A stretch of 64,000 nt of DNA from Azolla caroliniana (taxonomy: Eukaryota; Plantae; Polypodiophyta). The notes below the pieces were generated by a model. The model was not told the origin of the DNA. It ran no database searches and saw only the letters and a program-made list of their open reading frames with translations. Where the stretch lies: contig JBHGNT010000018.1 in NCBI GenBank assembly GCA_043228905.1, positions 1,488,001 through 1,552,000 of the forward strand. Direction: 5' to 3'. Both the position numbers and the translations under genes were made by a program. Shown here piece after piece: positions 1 through 9,640 of the stretch; the stretch's first letter is position 1, and each line of letters starts with the position of its first letter.

Positions 1-620
1 TCGTTCGTGTTCCATTTCTCAGTGAGGACAACATGGTCGCTCATGCCCATTGGTGTTAAATACCTCGTCTTGTGGAAGGGTTACTCCTTGTCTAGGATTT
101 ACAAAATACTTTAGAGGTGATCTAAGATTTTCATCAACAATATCCCCTTAAGCCGACAAACGATTTGGAAGCCATCGTTGGAGGGGGGATAATGTCAAGA
201 TTCGAACTCTTGACATGACCATGTTATAATCAAGTGTTATGTGTTAACCACACATCTAGCATATAATCATATGTATATACTTCCTCATTGTAGGTTTTAG
301 CTAGCATCATGTGCATAATTTCTCCCTTGTATTATTTACTCTTGGCACATGCATGCGTACCTACTGCCGACATGCTCTATTGTATCACATGCGTGCAACA
401 GGTATGCATGCCACTTAGTATAAATAGTTGAGTTCACCTTGAAGGAATTCAAGGTGAACAACGCCAGTCATGGACATATCAATCTAGTATTCTCATTTCA
501 CCCATCTTCTCTCCTTAATCTTCATCTCTATCTTTATGCTCTTGTGTTATTCCGTCATCGCTCCGTCGTAGCCTCATCATCCGTGCTTCGTCTTAGTTCG
601 CACTTGGTGTGTCCGTGACA
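1..620 (+). mobile_element. 3' end of a Ty3/gypsy chromovirus-type element (G0): chromodomain remnant, PPT and 3' LTR
   Basis: 55-90 reads VKYLVLWKGYS, matching the chromodomain YLVxWKGY motif. PPT GGAGGGGGGA lies at about 180-189. The LTR runs TGTCA(193)...TGACA(620) with TATAAATA at about 419. LINE sequence resumes at 621. Confidence 0.75.
193..262 (-). promoter_or_regulatory. tRNA-like A/B-box module in the G0 LTR (antisense to element)
   Basis: Minus strand TAGATGTGTGGTTAACAC...TGTCAAGA-GTTCGAA-TCTTGACA, an 8-bp stem around a B-box loop. Confidence 0.55.
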
Positions 621-622
621 GT

Positions 623-928
623 ATGAATGCTCGTACAAGAAGTTTCCAACTTGATTCACAAGAATCTTTCATGCCATATATCTCAAGGATGCAAGAGGAT
701 ATGCAAATGTATAGCCACTCTTCTAGTGAGGAAAAAGATCCGGACCAATTTGGGAAACTCCTACAAATCTGCAATAGTACCCGATTGCTTATTGCAAATG
801 GTGTTTCCTTATGGCCCAACACTAATGGTTTTACATGTAGAAAACACAATGGAAATAGTGTGATTGACTATGTGCTACTTTCTGAAGGTATTTTGAATCA
901 TATACATAAATTCTCACTTGGTGAATAG
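623..928 (+). pseudogene. LINE AP-endonuclease C-terminal fragment
   Basis: Motifs (D)MNART and FTC..NGNSVIDYVL, followed by SDHR just past the stop. Confidence 0.75.
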
Positions 929-1161
929 ACACCGAAATCCGATCATAGGACTTTGTGTATTGATCTCAAATGTATGCATAGGTTTGATTGTGAGAAGGCC
1001 ATTAAAGATAGTAAACAACCTCACTTGAGCATGAACCTTAAGCGAGACATATTCCAAGATAGTTGAGGATATGTTACAAATGACAAAGATACAACATGTT
1101 GCCACATGTCATAGACACACCAAGCGCAGACTAGGACGGAGCACAGATGATGGGACTACGT

Positions 1162-1617
1162 TGTTACGGGCATGACCATATAATATCCCGTGGTGAGAAT
1201 TTACCATAGTATTCTATACACGTGGATAAGTGTGGGGGTTAAACGAGAGTGTAAAGAAGGGGAGGATTACTTTTAATCCTCGGGATTGAGACAGCCCATT
1301 AGGCCAAGTGTGAACTTGCTTGGGGCCTTGGGAATCGCTATAAATAAGAGGCCTAGCTACCCTCATTTCATTATCTTGTTTACTACGTCAAGACTCTGTC
1401 TTGTGGTGGGTCAACTCTTGTAGTGAGCGCGCCAGCACCAGGTACGACTCGACGCCACGACGGTGGTATGGGACGCTGATCAAGGCTCGAGTCTATCTCG
1501 ATCCCTTCGCTCGGATGTGGTCGGGTGGATTGGCACCCTTCTTTCTCTCTCTCCTTTCTATCTATTTATCTTTATTCTATCCTTATCTAATGCTTACATT
1601 AGTCTATGTCTCTAATA
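1162..1617 (+). mobile_element. Solo LTR of another family nested in the previous solo LTR
   Basis: TGTTA...TAATA termini (eroded TAACA) with a 5-bp TSD TACGT (1157-1161 / 1618-1622) and an internal TATAAATA. Confidence 0.7.
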
Positions 1618-1959
1618 TACGTAGCGACGGATGAACTTCGCAAGGCAAGGAACTCTAGATGTTGTGAGTGACATGAGGGCATGAAGACAGAAATGAAGAT
1701 CAAGGAGACAAAGATGAGGTGAAACGAGAATACTAGATTTATGTGTCAATGACTAGTGTTGAATCCCTTGAAAGGGATCAAGGAGGTTACAAGTATTTAT
1801 ACAAGTTTCGAGATTGAATATCTCTAGAATATACTTGAGAAATATCTCTAGAATATACCATACAATATTTCCAGAATATACTAACAAGTAGAATATTCTA
1901 ATCCTGAAATGTACTATATGCTAGACTATACAATACAAAACCATTATATACAAATACTT

Positions 1960-2028
1960 GTTCATATCAAAATGGTCGAGCATGATATCTTGTTGATGTG
2001 AGGTTGCAAGTTCAATCCTCACCAACTA
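1960..2028 (+). promoter_or_regulatory. tRNA-like A/B-box module in the solo LTR (antisense to element)
   Basis: TATCAAAATGGTCGAG...GAGGTTGCA-AGTTCAATCC, with 44-nt A-to-B spacing. Confidence 0.5.
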
Positions 2029-2624
2029 TGTATTTGATGTCACTATGTTGTGACACCACACTAGAATGCAAATGAGAATTTTTTAAGAAAGTCATCCTCT
2101 CTTGTACAAATAAATGTTTTTCGACCAATCGCACATCATGGAAATGCACCAAGAAATGTAGGAAAAAATGGTTTGATAAAGAATGTCATGAAGCTCGAAA
2201 GTGCCTTATGGTTTTGGATGTAGTTAAGGATAAAGAAAATTACCAAAAGCATTTGCATGAGTATGAAAGGCTTATTCAAAGAAAGAGAAGAATATGGGAA
2301 GTTACTCAACAATTTCTCCAAACTCAAGAGAAAGCACATGTCTGTGCTAAATTTTGGGGAAATCTAAAGGGGAAATGTGTTGAGAGTTATGGTGACTTAA
2401 CTCTTCATGACTTGTCTATGCATTGTAAGAATTTATATGAGTTATCTCTTGCCGGAAAGATGATATGTTATGGTTCTCTTTCACATATGTCTCCCTTCTT
2501 TACAATTGAAGATATATGCATAGAACTTAAGAAATTGGCCTCTCGAAAGGCAAGCAATCTTCAATGTATAAAGGTTTAAATGCTCAAATGGATGGGAAAG
2601 GAAGCACATGTATAGATAAGCGAT

Positions 2625-4073
2625 ATGTTTAATAATGCATTGCAACATGGTATGTCGTATGATACGACTACAACTTGGATCAAACCTTTACATAAAGGTG
2701 GAGATGTAAATAATCTAAACAACTATCGAACCATCATGGTTGGCTCGTTAATGACAAAACTATTTGGATGTATAATGGAATCAAAGATAAGTGTATGGGC
2801 TTATGGACAAGGTGGGTTTCGAAAACACCATAGCACCATTGATCATCTTGTCACCCTTTATTAATGGAGGAAAGTCGTCTTAGAGGTAAAGGTTTATATT
2901 GTTGCTTTGTAGACTTCAAGAAAGCTTTTGATATGGTACCTTGTGAGCATCTTTGGAGGCGAATGGAAGAACTTGAGGTGCCAACTGAATATATTCTTGC
3001 AATTTCCCGAATTTATGAGAAGGTTATATGTTGTGTGCATATGAGAGATACACTTTCAGTTTTTTTCAATAACACTATTGGTGTTAAGCAAGGATGCCCA
3101 CTCTCACCAACATTATTTGGTCGATGCATTGATGAATTAGAAGAAATGGTTGCCAAGTTTGTAAAGGAAGAATGTGTTGAAGAAGTTGTCATTGGGAATG
3201 TTGTGATTATGCTTTTGTTATATGCGGATGATGTAGTCCTTTTTGCAAATACTTTAGGAGATGCACAAACGCTTATGAAGGCATTGGAAAAAAAATTGCA
3301 TGCATACTAAATTAAGTGTCAATAGCTCTAAAACAAAGATTATGCTTGTGAAGAGACAAAAAAGAGATAAACCATGCATTATGTACAACAATGAGCCACT
3401 TGAATGTGTGGAAAGCTTCAAATATTTTGGCCTTGAAGTTTCTTCAAATCATAGATGAAATGAATATGCTACACGCCGCTTAGAGGTGGGTAAGCGAGCA
3501 TACTATGCATTTGAGAGCACGTGCAATCTTGGAGATATTAAATGTTGGGTCCTCAAGAAATATCTTTTTGACACTTTGGTGACACCGGTTCTTCTCTATG
3601 GGGTGGAAGTATGGGGTGGCAATATCCCTAAAACTACGTGGAAAGAGTTTGAAAATGTCCAAAAACATTTTTTTACAAAGTTTCTACAAGTTAAGAAACA
3701 AACGCCTTACACCCTCCCCCTCCTTGAGACAGGATCGCTTCCCATTGAGATCATGGCCATGGAAAGGGTTGTTGAATACATGCTTAAGGTTCAAAAAAGT
3801 CTCTCACATCGACTTCCTAGAATTGCATGGGAAGCAAGCAAAAAGATCTAAAAGACACATAAAAGCAAAATTTTGTGTTCCGGTTGGATGCAAGATATAG
3901 AAAAATGGTTTGGTAGATGGGATGCGAGACACTTGCCTCATGATGCATCACTAGATTCCTCTGTAAATGAGGCCTTTTTGCAATGCCAATGTATCATGAC
4001 ATGGGACAAATGGGGAAGCTCACGCTTCACACATTACACATTATACTATACATGTTGCACCTAACTACAAAAC
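2625..4073 (+). pseudogene. LINE reverse transcriptase, frameshifted
   Basis: Motifs NNYRTI, GFRK..STIDH, FVDFKKAFD, GVKQGCPLSPTLF, LLYADD and LLYGVEVWG. Confidence 0.9.
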
Positions 4074-4316
4074 TGTAAAAGATTATGTGCGGAAGCAATA
4101 GAAAAATGTCTGCTCCCATGGCCCTTCACAACTCCCTTGCTATCACGGTGTTAGCGCTTCTCCTGCTGCGTTCTTTTCCGCTTGGCCCTTGGTTGATTCA
4201 GCGTATCCGAATCAAACATCCAAAACCGACTCGGCTCCCTCCAATCGGTTTTCGCTCTCGTCCGAGTTGGTTGTCTCGAACTCGTCTTCAGTCTTCTCGC
4301 CCTTAATGGCTTCGTC

Positions 4317-5194
4317 TCACCCACACTTGGTTGGCTTCGGCTCTTCCGCGGGTTCGCCCTCGGCTTCTTCAGCCGATCCGAAATCGAATTCGTCATCCGA
4401 CTCGGCGTCACGGTCTTCTCTCCCCCTTCCGTGGTCATTCAGGACATCTCTCCCCCTCAAGTTCGGCACGTCGAGGTGACGCAACCCAAGCTCACCCGAG
4501 AATTGCCGCAACTTGGCCAGTCCAAGAGGCTTGGTGAAGATGTCGGCGGTCTGCCAATCCATCGGAACATGTTGAAGTTCGACTTCGCCAGAAAGGACAC
4601 GCTCACGGACAAAATGGTAGTGCACCTCAATGTCCTTGGTCCGTGCGTGGAAAACGGGGTTCTTCGCAAGCTGGATGTTGCTGAGGTTGTCGTAGTAGAT
4701 CGTCATCGGATCGGACACCTCCTCTTGCAGGTCCTTAAGTAGCCTCTTCAACCATATGGCTTCGCATGTCGCGACAGCCGCTCCTCGGTACTCGGCTTCG
4801 GTGCTCGATAGTGCAACTATCGGCTGCTTCTTACTGCTCCACACTACTGCGGCACTCCCAAGAGAGAACGCGTATCTGGACGTGGATCGGCGATCGACGG
4901 CATTGCCGGCCCAATCACCATCGGTGTAGCCGACCAACTGCGAGGTTGTACCAGTCCGATATAGAAGTTCCCGGTCCTTAGTGCCGCTTACGTTGTCGCG
5001 AAGATTCGCGCGTGCAACTATCGGCTGCTTCTTACTGCTCCACACTACTGCGGCACTCCCAAGAGAGAACGCGTATCTGGACGTGGATCGGCGATCGACG
5101 GCATTGCCGGCCCAATCACCATCGGTGTAGCCGACCAACTGCGAGGTTGTACCAGTCCGATATAGAAGTTCCCGGTCCTTAGTGCCGCTTACGT
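4317..5194 (-). pseudogene. Copia A RNase H segment
   Basis: Motifs GYTDGDWAG, WSSKKQ, STEAEY, HARTKDIEVHYHFVRE and ADIFTK. Confidence 0.9.
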
Positions 5195-5212
5195 TGTCGC
5201 GAAGATTCGCGC
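4811..5212. repeat. 201-bp tandem duplication spanning the Copia A / element B junction
   Basis: GTGCAACTAT starts at 4811 and again at 5012. The 67-aa block is repeated in ORF 4317..5237. Confidence 0.9.
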
Positions 5213-5667
5213 GTGCGTGTGCTACTCGAGCGACCACCGGGGTCTTGGATTGGGGAGGATGTTTGCAGAATTATCAAAGAGATGATGATCAATGTAAGAT
5301 TAGATGAAATTGGTTTACTTGAGAAGAAGAAAGATTGTACACTTGAGAAGTAGAAAAATATGAAGAAGATAAAGACAAATATAATTATATTGATGATAAT
5401 GGTGTTGGTGATATCACATATTGAGCCCCCCTTACACAAGCCCAACTAGAGGCTTTTATAGGTCTTTCCATGCTTGTGACATGCACAAAACCATGGGCTA
5501 AAACCATGGTTTTGTGCACACGGTTTTGCTTATGTCATGCACAAAACCATGGTTCTAATGCACAAACCATGGGTTTAGAACCATGGTTTTGTGCACATGG
5601 TTTTCTATGGTCGTTTCATCTATAATTCGTACTATATAAAAAGGAAATACATAGAATATACACTATA

Positions 5668-5740
5668 TGATAGTTGTCCTAATGGTAAGGCAATCATCTT
5701 GTATCTTAGAGGTGTAAGGTTCAAACCTTGCTTGCACCCC
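5668..5740 (+). promoter_or_regulatory. tRNA-like A/B-box module in the B 3' LTR (second copy at about 11855-11927)
   Basis: TTGTCCTAATGGTAAGGC...GAGGTG(T/C)AA-GGTTCAAACC-TTGC, with 44-nt spacing. Confidence 0.6.
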
Positions 5741-7261
5741 TGTCCATGAACTTAAGTGCCACTAAGCCTTAGGTTTATTTTCTAAGTGCATGTGCAATGT
5801 TGCACATCCTTGGTTTATTCGTCTCACTCGGTTTCACACCGTAGCCGAAAATCGTCACGGCAATGTCCCCCACCAAACCCGCACATCCTCCGGTATGTGC
5901 CGAGAAAGGTGAAGAGGTGAGATCTTTGGCAACGGTGATCAACGGAGTTCCTTTGCACGCTCGTTGACCTCGTCTGACTTCGTCTTCCACTTCGAGTATG
6001 CGCAATCTTTCCAACCGAACCACCGTAGCCACCCGATCCACCATATCCGGCACTCACACCTTCTTCCCCGATCGGTTGTAGTAGATCTACCAAACAATGT
6101 CATTGATCCGATTGCTCTTCCTTCGTTCACCGCGCGTGTCCTTCGATTGGACTCCTGGCCACTCCTCGCGCTCACCATCTTCAACTGGGTATTGTGGATC
6201 GTTCGTGTCGATCTCCGATTAGGTTGAGTTTGCCCTTGTCCGGATCGGTCTCCACCGATCGCTTCTTGGCTCGGTTGGCCTTCGTCTGTATTCGCATTTC
6301 GCCAAGTTGGGCTCAACCGATTGATTTTGGCCGGGTCAGCCCCCTTTTGGATCGGGATCATCCGATCGATTTCCTCCGAATCAAGTTTCGGCCGGGTCGG
6401 CCCCGGTCGATCATCTCCCATGTGGATCTTCCTTCGTTCGGGCCGGAATTCCGGCCGGATCGTCTTCCAGTTCGACTGGTTCTCGACTCTTCCTTCCTTC
6501 CCGCATGATGCTTCTCCATTGAACTCAACCGTGGCTTCATCCTTGGCCTCCTCGTTGGCCACATCCTTCCCTCCATGTATGCTCACCTCGAGCCATATTG
6601 TCTCCTCTCCGCCACCTCCTTTATCTTCGGTCTTATGTTGACACACAGTCTCGACTGCCGAAGTCTTCGAAACCAGTGTGAAGGAATCCCTTCGTTCATG
6701 CACATTTACCTTGTCTTCCTCATCGCCCTTCCGATCGTCCGCTTTTCCGTCCACACATTCCGTCTCTCCGGTCTCACGTTGGCGCACGTGCACAACCGCC
6801 GAAGTCTCTAGAATAGGTGTGGGGATATCCTTTCTTCCTCGATCTTCTTCCTCCTTGTGTTGGGCCTTCGTCTTCCCGTCACCACCTTCCGTCTCTTCGG
6901 TCTCACGTTGGCACACGGGCGCAACAGCCGAAGTCTCTGGAACAAGTTTGGAGAAAGTCTTGACATGGCTATCCGTTGTCGACTCGTCCATAGCCACCTC
7001 CGACTCGATGTCGTTTGTCATGGCTACCTCCTCAATCTCTTCAGACTCAAACACTTTATCTCCCTCAATCATGCAAGCTTTTCTCATGCTTGCACCTTCA
7101 TCACCCGATGTTTCGTACAGAATGCGTGTTCCGAAACATTTATCCTCCCTCGAAGTGGCGTTGTCGTAGTGTATTTCGTACACTACGTGAAAAAGTAAAA
7201 ATAATATAACTGATTTAATTACATATAAATAAATAAAATAATATATCAAGATATTTATCAC

Positions 7262-7332
7262 GTGCATAGGGCAAGATTCGAACCCTATACCTCCACGTAG
7301 CCAAACATCAACTTTACCATTATGCTACCTTA
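7262..7332 (-). promoter_or_regulatory. tRNA-like A/B-box module in the C 5' LTR (second copy at about 9670-9740)
   Basis: Minus strand TAGCATAATGGTAAAG...GAGGTATAG-GGTTCGAATCT. The 3' LTR copy has GGTTCAAATCC. Spacing is 43 nt. Confidence 0.65.
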
Positions 7333-7953
7333 TCTTTAGTGTTCTATAAATAGATTTAATAACTATAAGTCCTTTATTTGCGCCTACCTTTATTAAAAGG
7401 TAAATCATGCATTTTTAGAGTGCGTGAATATTTTATAGAAAAACGCAAGCAACTAAAAAGTGACTCATGCACATCTAGCGTGCATGAGCACTATATTTAG
7501 CAAATAAAAGCAAGGATTAGAAAAGCATCACATGCACATTTAGTGTGCATGAACATATTAGAAAAAAAAGCATGTAGCTATGCTTAGTCTCTCCCATCAC
7601 TACATAAGGATGGGGAGCACAATGTAATTATGTGTGAAATATTTGGAAATTGGATATATTTCCGAAAACACCAACCGATTAATATAATCGTGGGATTCAC
7701 GAAAATAATATAATCTATACTTGTGGGATTCACAAGTTTCTTATATCTTTCTTTCAATCTAAATACATATTCTTATCTAAATATTGATTAATCGAATAAA
7801 ATACACTCGTGGGATTCACGAAATTTCTATCTCTCTTTCTAATAATCTATTCATTACTAGCCTCATCTCATATTCTTCTTTCTCCTAGTCCAAAACCCCA
7901 GTGGTTCCCACCCGACTCACGCAACGATCCGGAGCCGAAAGGCACGACACAGT

Positions 7954-7971
7954 TGGTGAACCCGACGTGAA
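7954..7971 (+). promoter_or_regulatory. Primer-binding site of C, complementary to tRNA-Trp
   Basis: TGGTGAACCCGACGTGAA, identical to the PBS of B. Confidence 0.8.
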
Positions 7972-7987
7972 GGCGGGTGGCAAGGAG

Positions 7988-9640
7988 ATGGAGAATCAAC
8001 AAGAGGCGATGAACATGATGATGATGATGTTCGAGAGAATGCTACAAGAACAACGCGAGATGTCGGAGATCACGACAGTAGTACAACGGCTCGTGCAACA
8101 GAACGGGCAATTCGATGGAAAGGACGTGTCACGCTATCTACGTGACTACAAAATGGAGATGTTGCGATATGGTATCTCAGAAAGATTGCAAGTGTTATCT
8201 TTCAACCGGGTGGCTACGGATGAGCTTCAAGAGAGAATCCACAAGATACGACAACAAAGCCCGATGTGGGAGTCCTTTGAAGAAGCTATACGAGACACAT
8301 ATGACTATCTAAGACCGAAGCGGACGAGGACATGGTCCACGAACGGCGGTCAACAGTGGGTGAAAAGCGGCCACCGACTACCACCGAAGGAGAGCTTGAT
8401 GCGGAAGGGTTCGGAGATGCATGAAAAGTCGCAAGTCGACATTGAAGGGGAGCTTAAAACCGAACCAAAGTCGAGGCCAACAAAGGACGAGGAGGAGGAA
8501 GATCGAGGACGAAAGGGTATCCCCACACCGGTTCCAGAGACTTCGGCGGCTGTGCCCGTGCACCAACGTGAGACCGGAGAGACGGAATGTGTCGGTGGAA
8601 AAGTGGAGGACCGGAAGGGCAACGAGGAAGACAAAGTAAATGAGCACGAACGAAGGGATTCCTTCACCATTGTTTCGGAGACTTCGGTACTGGAGCCCGG
8701 GTGTCGACATAACACCGAAGATAAGGAAAGTGGCGGCAACGAAACGAAGGTCGAAGCCGATGCATACGAAGGAGAGATAGCCAAGGAGAACATGGCTATG
8801 GGTGAAACAACGGAAGATGATAATACCGAGGATTCCTACCCACTAATTCTAGAGACTTCGGCGGTTGTGTCCGAGAACCAACGTGAGACCGGAGAGACGG
8901 GAGGTGGCAACAAGGAAGGTAAAGTCGGAAGCCGGTTCGGATGGAAGATGATCCGTCTGAAATTCCGATGTAAACAAAAGCATGACAACGCGAAGGTCGG
9001 GTCTACGATGGGAGAAGCATGTAATACGGAGCACGCACTACGGCACCAAAAGAAGCACGTGCTACGGCGTAAAGAGAAGCACACGCTACGGCGCAAAAAG
9101 AAGCACGCGCTACGGTGCAAAAATAAGTATGCACTACGGGGTAATACGGCGCATGCACTACGATGGAATACGAAGCATGCGCTACGGCCTAATACGACGC
9201 ATGCGCAACATCGAGAAATAAAGCATGCATTAAAGCCGCACAAGGACCTAACAGCGAGCGCGTATTCGGAGGTCGACATCGACGCGTGGGTAGAACCTAC
9301 GGAAGACAAGCGCGGAGTGGAGAGAGACAACACACCGAGATGCTCAAGAGTACCACAAGGGACCATGACAACCACTCATGGCAATGCAAAGAATGAACAA
9401 AGAATATGGTGGATCGGATGGCGACAATGGTTCGGGTGGAAAGAATGGGTCTACTCAAAATGGAGAGACAAAGTTGACATAGCGGGACAAACGGGGGATG
9501 AAGGGGAGACAACGAGCATCGGCAACTTCGGCACATACCGGAGGATGTGCGGGTTCGGAGGGGGCGAGTGTCGTAGTGTATTTCGTACACTACGTGAAAA
9601 AGTAAAAAATAATATAACCGATTTAATTACATATAAATAA
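7988..9640 (+). CDS. Element C ORF: Gag-like N-terminus, acidic repeats, basic KHALR repeats and Trp-rich motif (about 550 aa, uninterrupted)
   Basis: FDGKDVSRYLRDY...WESFEEAIRDTY is Gag-like. The frame stays open through the PPT into the 3' LTR. Confidence 0.65.
   Translation: MENQQEAMNMMMMMFERMLQEQREMSEITTVVQRLVQQNGQFDGKDVSRYLRDYKMEMLRYGISERLQVLSFNRVATDELQERIHKIRQQSPMWESFEEAIRDTYDYLRPKRTRTWSTNGGQQWVKSGHRLPPKESLMRKGSEMHEKSQVDIEGELKTEPKSRPTKDEEEEDRGRKGIPTPVPETSAAVPVHQRETGETECVGGKVEDRKGNEEDKVNEHERRDSFTIVSETSVLEPGCRHNTEDKESGGNETKVEADAYEGEIAKENMAMGETTEDDNTEDSYPLILETSAVVSENQRETGETGGGNKEGKVGSRFGWKMIRLKFRCKQKHDNAKVGSTMGEACNTEHALRHQKKHVLRRKEKHTLRRKKKHALRCKNKYALRGNTAHALRWNTKHALRPNTTHAQHREIKHALKPHKDLTASAYSEVDIDAWVEPTEDKRGVERDNTPRCSRVPQGTMTTTHGNAKNEQRIWWIGWRQWFGWKEWVYSKWRDKVDIAGQTGDEGETTSIGNFGTYRRMCGFGGGECRSVFRTLREKVKNNITDLITYK
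9020..9240 (+). repeat. 24-bp tandem repeat (about 9 units, xxKHALRx)
   Basis: Repeated AAGCA(C/T)GC(G/A)CTACGG cores at 24-bp spacing. Confidence 0.8.

Larger units (their letters stand above)
1107..2055 (-). mobile_element. Solo LTR related to the G0/D family
   Basis: TGTCA...TGACA termini with a 5-bp TSD CCACA (1102-1106 / 2056-2060). The reverse complement matches D LTR motifs (TATAAATACTTGTAACC..CCCTTTCAAGGGATTCAAC) and the G0 LTR end. Confidence 0.85.

Noticed and set aside
5939-7267. 442-aa ORF with a hydrophobic N-terminus as a membrane-anchored protein
   Set aside because: It is a chimera: the N-terminus is the antisense of the C LTR fused to the interrupted B ORF.
7262-7332. LTR tRNA-like modules as genuine tRNA genes or as self-encoded primers
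   Set aside because: There are no convincing acceptor or anticodon stems, and their 3' ends are not complementary to the elements' PBS.
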